From assembly GCA_951406725.2 (NCBI GenBank), contig OX597825.1:11470001-11534000 (forward strand): DNA of 64,000 nt, in the 5' to 3' direction. A model generated the notes under the pieces. It made no database searches. It saw only the letters and a program-made list of their open reading frames with translations, and was not told where the DNA came from. This stretch comes from Octopus vulgaris (lineage: Eukaryota). This document shows positions 30,317-43,630 of this stretch, one piece after another. The first letter of the stretch is position 1; every line of letters starts with the position of its first letter. A program made the translations under genes and the position numbers.

Positions 30317-30734
30317 TACTCTTTACTCTTTACTCTTTTACTTGTTTCAGTCATTTGACTGCGGCCATGCTGGAGCACCGCCTTTAATCGAGCAAATCGA
30401 CCCCGGGACTTTTTCTTTGTAAGCCCAGTACTTATTCTATCGGTCTCTTTTGCTGAACCGCTAAGTGACGGGGACGTAAACACACCAGCATCTGTTGTCA
30501 GGCAATGCTAGGGGGACAAACACAGACACACAAACACACATGCACATACATACACATATATACATATATACGACAGGCTTCTTTCAGTTTCCGTCTACCA
30601 AATCCACTCACAAGGCATTGGTCGCCCCAATGCTATAGCAGAAGACACTTGCCCAAGGTGCCACGCAGTGGGACTGAACCCGGAACCATGTGGTTCGTAA
30701 GCAAGCTACTTACCACACAGCCACTCCTGCGCCT
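30317..30734 (-). mobile_element. SINE family B, full length
   Basis: tRNA-like head, internal CA/TA tract, tandem AAAGAGT tail. Confidence 0.93.
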
Positions 30735-30824
30735 ATGTTAACATATATTTATATATTCATACACATGCATGAATAATTTGTACCTATATAAATACGCATA
30801 AATATATACGTATAGTTATCATTC

Positions 30825-31215
30825 ATTCGTCACGGTCTTTGGACTGCAGCCATGCCAGGCCACTTGAAAGAGGGTTCAAATCGAAAAGAATTCTACTTCA
30901 GTACGAACTTTTAAAGTCTGGTACTTAATCTAATGGACTCTTTTATGAACTGCTTGGTGTACAGAGACGTAAACTAAACAACACAAGCACAAACAGAAAG
31001 ATACACACACGCAATCATATGTATATATACACCCACGCATAGATACGACCAGCTTTGTCGTATATATATGCTTCGATCTATTGAGTCCACTCACAAAACT
31101 TTAGTTAACCCGGGGCTACAGTAGAAGACAATTTGCCCAAGGTCCACGCCGTGGGCCTGAACCTGAGGCCATGTAACCACGAAGTAATCTACCTACAACG
31201 AAGCCGTACCTGCAC
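30825..31215 (-). mobile_element. Old diverged SINE family B copy
   Basis: Collinear but degenerate motifs relative to 30317-30734. Confidence 0.7.
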
Positions 31216-31247
31216 TCATACACACACACACATATATATACATATAC

Positions 31248-31349
<102 letters not shown>

Positions 31350-32334
31350 TGTATAAGAGATACTTTTGAGATACACTGTGTTTTATATTGCATGAATCGC
31401 AACTTGCACATTACACTCAAAAACATAACGAAGCACAGCAACTTATGCATATGCATACATACATACATACATACATACATACATACATACATACATACAC
31501 GTACATACATACATGCATACATACAATCCATACATATAGTATATATGTTTATATATATATGTGTGTGTGTGCGTATATGTATACATTTATGTAATTATGG
31601 ATGCATGTGCGTGTATATATGTATCTATGTGTGTGTATACATACATACATACATATATATATACAAAAACACTCATACACATACACGCACATATATGTAT
31701 ATGTGTGTGTACGCGTACGTGTGTGTGAATAAGTGTGTGTGTGTGTGTGTATCTGAAATGAGTCCTACTGAAACTGTTCATTACATAAATACCGTTCCAT
31801 TTGTTCTCGATCGTGACAATAGTGAGCTCGCAGTCGCTTCTTTATAGTAAAACTTGCAATAAATACGCGGTTTGATTCTCACCGCCAGATATATTGTACT
31901 TCTTCTCTTTGAAATCCGCCATTACTTGAATTTGAATGAAATAAGTGTCAGGGTAAACTTCTTGGGTCGATATGATTTGTGGGTATGTGTCTGTTAGTCG
32001 TGGATAGTATTTGTCTTAACAATAAATTCAATTTATAATTTGTTGTTAAATCTTATCGACACAATGATTTTATGACACCTTGCAATGTCGGACGTTATTG
32101 GGAGTGTTATGATCGACAAATAATGTGAAGTGTCACATGAATAATCTGTGAAGATTTTTATATCGTTCTCTGAAAAGTTCAGTTGAAAAGGATTTAAAAA
32201 TTTGCTCCATCAGCTTTACGGGAAGACGGGGTCGTCGACTGGGTGTTGTATAATTGTATAATCTGCTAAAGTATACCTTGGTATACGATGGATGACACAG
32301 AGTTCAAATACCATCCCTGAGTTAATATATATCT

Positions 32335-32750
32335 TGTACTTGTTCCAGTTACTGGACTGCGGCCATGAAAGGGAGACGCCTTGATGTATTTTACTCGAAC
32401 TCGGTATATATACTCGGTATATGGCTTTTGGAGTCTGGGAATGGTTCTGTTGATTTTACGCTGAGCAGATAAGTTATGGTGATGTAAACAAACAAAAACC
32501 GGTTGTCACAAAAGACACACAGAAGTACACACAGAAACACACCCTCACACGCACACAAACACACACACTCACATACGCACATATACAAATAGATTCCACA
32601 TAGTTTCTGCCTGCTAAATTTATTCACAAAACATTGGTCAACCCGAGGCTATAGTGGAAGACAATGTCCAAGGTTCTCCGCAGAAGGACTGCGCCAGAAA
32701 CCACGTGATCACAAAGCCGGCTTCTTAACCACACAGGCATCCCTGCATCT
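32335..32750 (-). mobile_element. Old diverged SINE family B copy
   Basis: Collinear degenerate motifs, e.g. GACTGCGGCCATG and CCCGAGGCTATAGTGGAAGAC. Confidence 0.7.
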
Positions 32751-32774
32751 ATTGATATGTAATACATCATCTAG

Positions 32775-32960
32775 TGGTATTTCGTCTGCCGCTACGTTCT
32801 GAGTTCAAATACCGCCGAGGTCGACTTTACCTTTCATCTTTCCGGGATCGATTAAATAAGTACCAGTTACGCACTGGGGTCGATGTAATCGACTTAATCG
32901 CTTTGTCTGTCCTTGCTTGTCCCCTCTATGTTTAGCCCCCTGTGAGCAATAAAGAAATAT
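32775..32960 (+). mobile_element. SINE family A, headless copy
   Basis: Starts at about GGTATTTCGTC and runs to AAAGAAATA. Confidence 0.9.
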
Positions 32961-33575
32961 ATAGTAGAAAGGATTATGATTAGGATGGATTTTTGCTGCT
33001 ATCGTTGTTGATTTCTTTATACCCTCGTTGGCTTGGATTAAACGAACTTCGATGAAAGTCATTTGCAGTAATATGATTTCCATATCTTTAAGAGATTCAC
33101 CTTACTTTAAGTATTTGAGCCACAGCTCGGTTTTGAACGTAATTTCCTCCCTCCTCCTCTTTAACCCCACTAGCCCTGCAAGTAGTCATGACAACTTCTC
33201 ATCCCCATCATACTATGAATTCTAGAAACGCCGTGGCAATCTCATCCTTTTGTAAAACATGCGTTTTACAAAAAGGGCTCATTATGTAACATAGCCATAG
33301 CTATATCTTTGCTTAGGAAACAGGTTCCAGATATCCGCCTCACAGCACGCCACAACAACAGTATTTAGGAAGCGTTCAGGTTGTTTTATTGATTCGTGGC
33401 TGAAATGCAAGGTTTTCTCTCTATATGTCTACTGACAATGTCTTGTTGCTGTTGAAGAATATTAAACAGCCTCCACCACGTTGTTTCCTCTTTAATATCT
33501 CTCGGAGTTAGTGCATGCCTACATCAGAATTGTGTACAGTAGCTATTCAAAAGAACATTATATCGAACTAGCGAA

Positions 33576-34150
33576 GGCGCATGGCTTAGTGGCTAGGGTA
33601 TTCAACTCACGATTGTAGGGTCGGAATTTCGATTCCCGGCGGCGTGCTGTGTCCTTGAACGAGACACTTTACCTTACGTTGCTCCAGGCCACTCAACTAC
33701 CAACATGGGTTGCACGTATAATTCAAAGTATCACCCTTGTCACATTCCGTGTCACGCTAAATCTCCCTGAGAATTATGTGAAAGGTACGTGTTTCTTGAG
33801 GACAAAGGCGGCGAGCTGGCAGAACCGTTAGCACGCCGGACGAAATGCGTAGGCGTATTTCGTCTGCCGCTACGTTCTGAGTTCAAATTCCGCCGAGGTC
33901 AACTTTGCTTTTTACCCTTTCGGGGTCGATAAATTAAGTACTAGTTACGCACTGGGGTCGACATAATCGACTTAATCCGTTTGTCTGTTCTTGTTTGTCC
34001 TCTCTGTGTTTAGTCCCTTGTGGGTAGTAAAGAAATAGGTACATGTGTCTTGAGGAGTGCTGAGTCACTTGAACGTTCGTTTCACGAGCAGGCTGTTTCC
34101 GCTGATCAGATCACAACTTGAACGCTCGTCGTCGTAACCGACGAAGTGCC
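33576..34150 (+). mobile_element. tRNA-derived SINE family C, interrupted by SINE A
   Basis: Head GGCGCATGGCTTAGTGG..TTCGATTCCCGG; tail TTTCACGAGCAGGCTGTT..CGTAACCGACG shared with the 61605 copy. Confidence 0.8.
33807..34036 (+). mobile_element. SINE family A nested in SINE family C
   Basis: 20-bp TSD AGGTAC(G/A)TGT(T/G)TCTTGAGGA on both sides. Confidence 0.92.
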
Positions 34151-34606
34151 GGCTTTTTAAAAATAAATAAATCTAACTTACTAGCCTGAGCTTTCAAAGA
34201 CTATCAACACACTCATTTCTTCTAGTCGAAAGCAATAAACATCTGGATAAACCAAAACTCTGTACGTTACACACTAAAAATGTAAGAAACACCTGAATGT
34301 AATACTGATAAAATGTATTAAAAATTATGGAAGACTGCGAGCGTTTGAAACGAGAACGATTGCACAGATGGGCAACGGTAATTAAATATTTGGAATAGTA
34401 ATTAAACAGACGATAGTCATGTCTTACCTCAAACACGACTACTTTTAGATATTTCAAAATTTCGTAAAAGTTAGAGATTGATGTCGCAGGGGTGTTTTAT
34501 ATATATCTTGCAGATTATTTATCTTCTATGTGCATAGGCATTTATATTATATCAAATATACAAAGACATATATTTATGAATAAACGTTCATATATGTGTT
34601 CATATA

Positions 34607-34685
<79 letters not shown>

Positions 34686-34764
34686 ATATATATATATCTG
34701 TGTGTGTGTGCGTATGTACATACATATATATATATATATATATACATATACATATGTATACATA

Positions 34765-34831
<67 letters not shown>

Positions 34832-35373
34832 ATATACATGCGTATATCTATGCATCTGCATATACATATACGTGTATATATATATATATATGTGTGTGTG
34901 TATGTCTGTGTGTCTGTGTGTGTGTCTGTGTGGTTGTGTGTGTGTGTGTGTATGCCTGTATGTATGTGAGTGTGTATATGAAGAGAGTGACCTAGAAAGA
35001 GAGAGAAAATAGATATACGCAAATATATTAGTGCTTATAATAGGTTTCTATCTAATAATGATGTAAATCCATCGGATATAAACAGTTCAAAGATAACACT
35101 CATAACGCCGCTAATCTAGAAGCCAAAGAAATTATCGCTAAGCTTCTGATAGATGTGAGGGTAGAAGGCCTAGCCTAGCACTTAAATATATTGTAAGAGT
35201 ACACATTAAATCGCGATGTAGATTAACCCCACTAAACCGGTGTCAGAACAGTTAACAAGTAAATGCTACAGGAGATAATTTAGTATAACGTCTTAGGATT
35301 AGCGTCGGTGCAGCTTTTTCCAAACCATTACATCGTAACTCCTAGGTTCTCAAAGTAGGCGCTACAGCCCTCC

Positions 35374-35560
35374 GATGGGCGCTACGCCCCCCCCCCCCGA
35401 TGGGCGCTACGCCCCCCCCCCCCCGATGGGCGCTACGCCCCCCCCCCCCCCCCCGATGGGCGCTCCCCCCTCCCCCCGATGGGCGCCCCCCCCATGGGTG
35501 CTACCGCCCCCCGATGGGTGATATCGCCCCCCCGATGGGCGCTACCGCCCCCGATGGGCA
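35374..35560 (+). repeat. GC-rich minisatellite, about 9 x GATGGGCGCTACG(C)n
   Basis: Tandem units with variable poly-C, starting just after a hAT-like end GGTTCTCAAAGTAGGCGCTAC. Confidence 0.85.
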
Positions 35561-36015
35561 TTGAGATGGTCCAGGTGGGCGCTGGTACCTAAGGTGTTAG
35601 GAAGAAGGCAGTGGATTGGGGGACGCTATGAATTTATTATAATATTATTATAGTACTGTATACAAGTTAATAATACTGTATTAAATATCAAATGATTCAT
35701 AGTATATATAAATTAGTAAAATATAAAATATGAGAATTTTTTGCGTAATGAGATAAAAAAAACCCAAGGGTGTGTAGATATTAGAACATTTATAGATAAA
35801 AGGTCTTACTGCTGTTTCCAGGTTATTTATTAATTATATCCTTTCATCGGAGACGGTGTGAGAGGATGGTTAAGTAATAATTAACTTAGATAGGATACAA
35901 AATAGAGAGTGAGGTGGAGGAAAGAAAATAGAGAGTGAGGTGGAGGAAAGAAAATAGATATGAGATATGTAAGGATATTGAATTTGTAGATTCATTTTTT
36001 CGGCAGAATGGTATA

Positions 36016-36432
36016 TACTCTTTTACTCTTTTACTTGTTTCAATCATTTGACTGCGGCCATGCTGGAGCACCGCCTTTTTTTTTAGTCGAGCAAATCGAC
36101 CCCGGGACTTATTCTTTTGTAAGCCCAGTACTTATTCTATCGGTCTCTTTTGCCGAACCGCTAATTGACGGGGACGTAAACACACCAGCATCGGTTGTCA
36201 AGCAATGCTAGGGGGACAAACACAGACACACAAACACACACACATACACATATATATATATACATACATATATACGACAAGCTTCTTTCAGTTTCCGTCT
36301 ACCAAATCCACTCACAAGGCATTGGTCGGCCCGGGGCTATAGCAGAAGACACTTGCCCAAGATGCCACGCAGTGGGACTGAACCCGGAACCATGTGGTTG
36401 GTTAGCAAGCTACTTACCACACAGCCACTCCT
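36016..36432 (-). mobile_element. SINE family B
   Basis: Very similar to 30317-30734. Confidence 0.93.
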
Positions 36433-36589
36433 ATGTAAGATTCCGATAACTTATGAGAAAAATTCAACAGTATTTAAAATTGTTCATTCCAAGAATAGAG
36501 TTTATACACAATGTAAGATTCCAATACCTTATGTGTAAGATCCAACGGTAGGAGCGCTGGGGGTATTATGTGGCCATGAGGGCGGGGTC

Positions 36590-37152
36590 CCCATAGCAAC
36601 ATGTTCCAGCAGGAAATGCCCCCTCCAAAACGGCCATGGCCACCATGGACTTCCTGTGTCAGTGCAACATCAGAACCATGCTGTGACCGTCTCTCAGTCC
36701 GTATTTGAACCCAATTGAATACTTGGGAAATAGAATCCAGAGGTGGCTAAATCAGGTCGTGCCAAGGCCGAAAACTCGTGTGAAACCGGAGGCAGTTTTT
36801 CTCCGTGTGGGCACAGATATCAATGGCTTTTGTGAACCACTTCATGCACTTCATATACCTATTTCTTTATTACCCACAAGGGGCTAAACACAGAGGGGAC
36901 AAACAAGGACAGACATAAGTATTAAGTCGATTACATCGACCCCAGTGCGTAACTGGTACTTAATTTATCGACCCCGAAAGGATGAAAGGCAAAGTCGACC
37001 TCGGCGGAATTTGAACTCACAACGTAACGCAGACGAAATACCGCTAAGCATTTCGCCCGGCGTGCTAACGTTTCTGCCAGCTCGCCGCCTTATATGCACT
37101 TCATATACCGATGGTCGTTTTGAACACCCAGGGAGGGCATACACTGTATTGA
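36590..37152 (+). mobile_element. Tc1-family transposase C-terminal fragment interrupted by a SINE
   Basis: FQQENAP..ATMDFL..*PSLSPYLNPIEYLG..QGGHTLY* corresponds to Tc1 FQQDNA..WPSxSPDLNPIE..GGxTxY. Confidence 0.85.
36860..37090 (-). mobile_element. SINE family A inserted in the Tc1 fragment
   Basis: 16-bp TSD ATGCACTTCATATACC (36844-36859 and 37094-37109). Confidence 0.93.
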
Positions 37153-37957
37153 ACATGTCACCTCCTACAATCTCAATGTGCTAGATCCGCCCACTAGTAG
37201 AACACACGTCAACGACCCATAGACTGTGGTCAAGGTGCATGCAAGAAATTGACTTTATCCGATTTATCACGATTATCTCTGATGTTTTGAAATTAAAACA
37301 TATTTCACAGTCACACACGTTTGCGTTTCTTTTTGCGGTCCAGTGTACTTATGCAATAGTGAATATGTTGACCTCTGAAAAATCTGAAACTCTGAACTCT
37401 GAACTAAAAGCAACCATAAATGAAAAAAAAATGTGTTTTCCCAGGTCAGTAAAGTATTTTTCAAATCACTGCACTAATTACTGAAATATAATTAGAAAGA
37501 AAAATAGTACGTAAAACTGATATGATATTTAAAACGATCTAAATTGGAAAGGTTATACATTAATTAGAATGATATGTGAAAATAACTTTGAACGCAAGAA
37601 AACATACGGAGCACTAATGTGCTATGAAAACTTCAAGAAATTCAGTGCTAAGTTTTGAATAAAAGGCAGAAAAGCATAAATTTCATCGATAGATCGTAAT
37701 TTTACTACGTTCAGTAGCCGTTTCATTAAGCATAAACATAATTAATTGAATAATTATGAAATTAAAATGCATGATTAATTAATATAAATCAATTTAAATG
37801 TGATATATTTAGAGTAAAGCCTATCCCAAATTATCAGGAAAACTACCAGCTCTACTTGCCGTAAACAGTTGCGAGTTTAAATTAAATTCTGACTGAGTAA
37901 ATTAGATCTCTTCCCCTCTGACTCTGTCTCTCTCAATCAATCTTTCGACCTTCCTTC

Positions 37958-38323
<366 letters not shown>

Positions 38324-38944
38324 AAGACAAGTTTTTAATTCTAAGTGATTACTAATTAGCTAATAAAAGAGGGGAAGATATATATAATATTTTTATCTTC
38401 GTGTTTAGTGTATTTAGAGAAAATAAATAAGTTTAAATAAAAATATTTCACAATAAGTTCATGTTTGGAATTAAATAAAACCATTGGTTAGCTTTAATCG
38501 CTTCTGAAACTTCGAACGTAGTCAATCAGCAGCTTTTTTAAACTACCTTAATAAACATTTTCAGATCTCAATTCCTAATCGTAGAGAATATTTTTGTCTT
38601 TTGTGTGAAGGATAGGTTCAGCTGGAGAAGCAGAGTTCTTCAGAATGTCTTCTGATGTTAAAACTGAAACAAGTTTAGAATTTAAAAGCATCATGGGTTA
38701 TAAAAATACAATTATAAACTGCATTATTACATTTGAAATTACCTTTGAGTGGACACTTTCTTTTCAATCTAAAATTACATACCCTTTTGTCGGGGAATAG
38801 CAAAGAAACATTTCTACAGACATGCATAAGCGTATTATGTTTGATATTAGAAAAAACAGTATCACATTTAGTATTTCTGATTTTGATAATCAGTGAATAG
38901 ACTTCACTGAAATTTAAATATATACATTACGAGTCGAGACAAAT

Positions 38945-39150
38945 ATCGTCAGCTGACCGATGTCTGCTACTCTAGGCCGACTAAGGACAATCATCCTGAA
39001 ACACGTGTCCCTAGATGCAGCCCGGGCGGCTGGGAGTATTTGTCTCCCCTTCGTAAATGTATATAAGGACACAGGAAAAATGTGTCAAAGCCATCAGGAG
39101 GCGTCGATGCTTCCTAGGGCTAAACAGTGGTGGTGTACCCCCTACTGTCA
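38945..39150 (+). mobile_element. Diverged homologue of the 5578-5797 HHR-bearing segment (putative PLE pLTR)
   Basis: Downstream of the HHR it shares ordered blocks GGGAG..CTCCCCTTC..AAAT..GGACACAG..TGTGTC..AGCCA..GGAGG..CTTCCT(A/G)GGGCTA with 5671-5755. Confidence 0.7.
38964..39020 (+). ncRNA. Degenerate type I hammerhead ribozyme
   Basis: TCTAGG/CCTAGA stem I with CTGC/GCAG extension; core CCGACTA (two changes from CUGANGA); stem II AGGA-CAATCA-TCCT; GAAAC-ACGT-GTC with palindromic stem III and a GUC triad. Confidence 0.75.
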
Positions 39151-39244
39151 CGTTCGTGTTAGATTGACAGTATACAACCATAGTATCACATTATTATTGA
39201 AAAAAGCACTATTATTGAAATGACTGAAACAAGTAAAAGAATAT

Positions 39245-40870
39245 TACAACTAATACCCTGAGGGGGAATTATTAGAGCATAATTTTTTATCCGTTTAGAA
39301 TTTATATTATAGCTGTTGAATTTAGAGTGATTCCTGTTTGCTATAATTGATGACAAATTAGATGCAGTAGAATAAGAAACCTTCACGGTAGACTTATTGA
39401 ATACATGGTAGTATTTAGAAATTTTAAAGGCTAAGGTTGTACCAAGTAATATTCCGTTTTCTATTTCACCCATTACTAGTTTGTTATTATTATGAATGTT
39501 AGAAGAGACATTCCTTACCTTAGTAGACGAAATGCGGAGAAGGTCTTACTTAAAATGTGTAGATTAGGAATTATTGTGTTTACTACTCTCAATATTTGAA
39601 ATGTCAGTTATATTTATTACTTTTAAATCTTGTAAGATGCCAAGAACCATATTTCTCTGGATTAGAGCTGCAGTAGGAACGTTGGTTATTAGATAATCTA
39701 TTGCATGCGGCTTTTTGATAATGATTCGCAAAAATATAATTATTACTTACAGTGGGACTAACAGGTTTAGGTCAAAGAGAGTTTATTATCAATTTTGTAT
39801 TTGGAGAAATTCACAGAATTATTCCTTGGATAAGACGGCGAGCGATTATATTTATCTATATTTCTAGATACATTCAACGTTCTATTTTCATTTTTAGCAA
39901 GATTACAGTCACATTGCTTATTAGTATTTGTCACGAAAGATAATTATTTTAGATGCATATAGTTTTTAATTTTATCATTAGAACAAGTATTAATGTTGCT
40001 ACCATCATTAATTTGATTAAGCCATAGTTTAAGCTTAGTATTACGCTTATATGTTATCGTCTCATCATATCGGTTAAAGTATCACTATAGAAAGCTGAAC
40101 TATCATCAACGATATGTTTTTTCGTTAACTGAAGCATTAGAAATTCTAATAGAAATATTTTAAACTAAACTATCTACTATCTAGAATTGGATTTTTATTT
40201 ATTTATATAGTGTAGAATAACATTAGGCATATGATATGGATAATAAAGACCAGAATTGAATTTAGGTGTTATAATGAGAAAATTTACATTTTTAATAGAC
40301 TTCTCATGAGTAATGAATAGATTATAATTTTCAAACGAATTTGCGAAGAGATTTCCTAAGGCTTTAACTGAAGTAGAGAATAGTTAGTGATAAGGAAGAT
40401 GATATACATAAAACCTAGATTTGGAAAATTTATTTGCAATTCAGTTAAGGTAAATAATCCGACTAAATCAATTACCTGAACTGTGTCGGACGAGCCTGAT
40501 ATCTAGATTTTTTTTTGTCCAATATTTACCATTGAAAAATATTTCTGTGTTCTTGACCGCTAAAATAGTATTTTTGTCTGTGGAAATTAAAAGAGATATC
40601 TTTCTAGCGAAAAATATGGCTTTGTTGTAGAGTAGAGGCAAATAATAACTTAATATGAAATTGAAGGAAAGATTTTTTTCTTTATTTTCTAACTTTACAG
40701 ACCATTGTATTACATCTCCTGAGTTATTCTCAAAAGATAAGTCTAAATATTTTTAACAACAGGTATTAATTTTATCAAATACATTTCTACTAATCCTACC
40801 CAAATCAAACTTGGAATGATTAATTAATCTAATTGAAATATTTTCTAAAAAGAACATATGATAGTCCTTG
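39245..40870 (-). pseudogene. Degraded Penelope-like element reverse transcriptase (Naiad-type)
   Basis: Manual minus-strand translation across frameshifts: IRLINHSKFDLGRISRNVFDKIN, DVIQW, SFLQFHI, LYNKAIFFARK, FFNGKYWTKK, GSSDTVQVIDLVGLF, VNFL, YYPYHMPN, ISIRISNAS, HVFNKSTVKVSYS. These match PLE RT motif order. The catalytic DD is lost and no GIY-YIG domain was seen. Confidence 0.8.
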
Positions 40871-41392
40871 ATAAAAAAACAAAACAAAACAAAACATAAA
40901 AATGAAGTGTTCGTGATCTGAAGCAGCCCGTCCTCACCGTTAAATTAAGTCTAGTAATGTGTTTATGAACCAACTCGTTTATGCAACTGAGTGCATTGGA
41001 TCCGGCTTTCTAAACAATTTTTATAGAGTTCTTTATTTATGTCCTCTAGTTGATAGAGTATAAGTAATTACCATGAAATAGATCCGAACTGGTAATATTA
41101 GAAATCATTTTGGATAATTTTTTCGGGCGCCATTAGAAATCCTTCTAAATTTAACGTTCGAAATGAAATTCAAAAATTTCAAGGGTATAATGGAGGTCTT
41201 CCAGAAATTAAAAATAATATTTTAAAGTATAATAAATTAGGAGGAGCGAGTATCACTATAACTTGAAAACTGAAAATTGATCCGTACGTATGCTGAATTT
41301 GGGATTATGGCGAATTTCTATTTCATCTATTTGGATGCCATTTTGTTTATGTAAGAATGGGTGAGTTACATAAACACACACACACAAACACA

Positions 41393-41480
<88 letters not shown>

Positions 41481-41686
41481 AACACATTAATCAACACGTA
41501 CGTGTGTCCACACATACGTCTATCAATGTTTTTACACAAGTGTATATATTATATATATATATGTATATAAATATATATATATATGTATATATATATATAC
41601 ACACACACACACATACACACACACACACATGAAAACACAGAGAAAACACAACAACGCGAGGACATACGCACATATATCTACACTTT

Positions 41687-41752
<66 letters not shown>

Positions 41753-41815
41753 CATATATAAACATATGTATATGTATGTATATATATATATATGTATATA
41801 TTTATATATATGTAT

Positions 41816-41851
<36 letters not shown>

Positions 41852-42169
41852 GCATTTGGTGGAGTATATTGTATCAGTATGTGCGAGTCTACCTGTACAC
41901 TTATAGAAAGTTAATTGTATTTTTATCGTGTGGTTGCATTCCTATTAAAAACTTTATTCCCGGCGGCGGGAATAAAGTGTGTCTACGCTAAAACATAACT
42001 ATATTAATCTCAACACTATTCCTATTTTTACTTTAACGGCAATGTGCACAGAAAGCAATAATATAATTTTCCATGTAGGAAAATTTACAAGCGCTGTTCA
42101 AAGACATACTTTTAATATCGATGAACTTTTCTTGTAAAAGTATCGCCGAAGAGAAAATTTCTTTTGAAA

Positions 42170-42310
42170 TTTCACACGAAACTGTGTCATGCATGTCTGT
42201 GGTTATGTATCAGAATATCTAAATTTGAAAAGAGTATAATTTCACACGAAAATGTGTCATGCACATCTATAGCTATGTACCAGAATATCTCAGTTTGAAA
42301 GGAGAATATA
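42170..42310. repeat. Two-copy ~70-bp tandem duplication
   Basis: ATTTCACACGAAA.TGTGTCATGCA..TATGTA.CAGAATATCT..TTTGAAA repeated. Confidence 0.85.
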
Positions 42311-42788
42311 ATTAAATATGGAATACATGCTTGAAATTGAATTTTACATTCAGATACCTAAGTGTTGTTCTGAATAGAGATGATGGATTAGTTTAACTTG
42401 TAAATATTTCTCGGAAATAAAATTATTTCAATAATTGCTGTTGACATTGATATCCACTGAAAGAGGTATCTCAATAGAACCATAGCAGTATTTTATATAT
42501 TTGCGATAATTTGGACCATGTACCGGAGAACAACTTCTCAGAAAAATAAAAAAAAAATAACATGGATTGAATTTGAATAGTCAAGCACAAGCAGTTATCT
42601 CAATGCGATTACGTGAAGATGTCGCTTTAAACTGGAGTTCGTTGATCAGAATTGGATGTAAAACCGTTTTTGTTTTTACTTTTATGATTTCATATGAATA
42701 TTCACATCATTCGTTTGAGATTTATTGCGAAATATTATATATATGGGAACTCAAAGTTAAGCCTCTAAGATTATTAGTGAATAGAGGA

Positions 42789-43212
42789 TACTCTTTTGCT
42801 TGTTTCAGTCATGTGACTGTAGCCATGCTGGAGCACCGCCTTTAGTCGAGCAAATCGACCCCAGGACTTATTCTTTGTAAGCCTAGTACTTATTCTATCG
42901 GTCTCGATTGCCGAACTGCTGAGTTACGGGGACATAAACACACCAGCATCGGTTGTCAAGCGATATTGGGGGGGGTACAAACATAGACACACAAACATAC
43001 ACACACACACACATACACACACACATACACACATACACACATATATACGACGGCCTTCTTTCAGTTCCCGTCTACCAAATCTACTCACAAGACACTTGCC
43101 CAAGGTGCCACGCAGTGGGACTGAACCCAGAACCATGTGGTTGGTAAGCAAGCTACTTACCACACGGCCACTCCTACGCCTAGCAACTTACCACGCAGTC
43201 ACTCCTACGCCT
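42789..43212 (-). mobile_element. SINE family B with a duplicated head segment
   Basis: Homology to other copies; a ~30-bp segment ending CACTCCTACGCCTA is repeated. Confidence 0.9.
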
Positions 43213-43371
43213 ATGCATCATAGTTTAAATAAATTTATTTTAGTTTAAATATAATTTATTATATAATTACATTTTAAAAATAGATATTAGTCTATTGATA
43301 AACAATTTTTCTTCTTTCTGTTACGTACGAAATATATTTAAAGATTACTAGTGAACAACTGTATACAGTTG

Positions 43372-43431
<60 letters not shown>

Positions 43432-43560
43432 GAGAGAGAGAGTGAGAGTGAGAGAAGGAGTGAGAGAAAGAGAGTGAGAGAAAGAATGAGAGAGAGTGAG
43501 AGAGAAATGAAAGTAAAAGAGAAGAGTGAGACAGACAACAATTAGTTGTCCAACAGTAGA

Positions 43561-43630
43561 GGCGCAATGGCCCAGTGGTTAGGGCATCGGACGCGCGGTC
43601 ATAGGATCGCGATTTCGATTCTCAGACTGG
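43561..43630 (+). mobile_element. SINE family C, head only
   Basis: Nearly identical to 61605-61673. Confidence 0.8.

Noticed and set aside
35374-35560. Repeat-spacer-like array (CRISPR?)
   Set aside because: The spacers are only poly-C, the context is eukaryotic and there are no cas genes.
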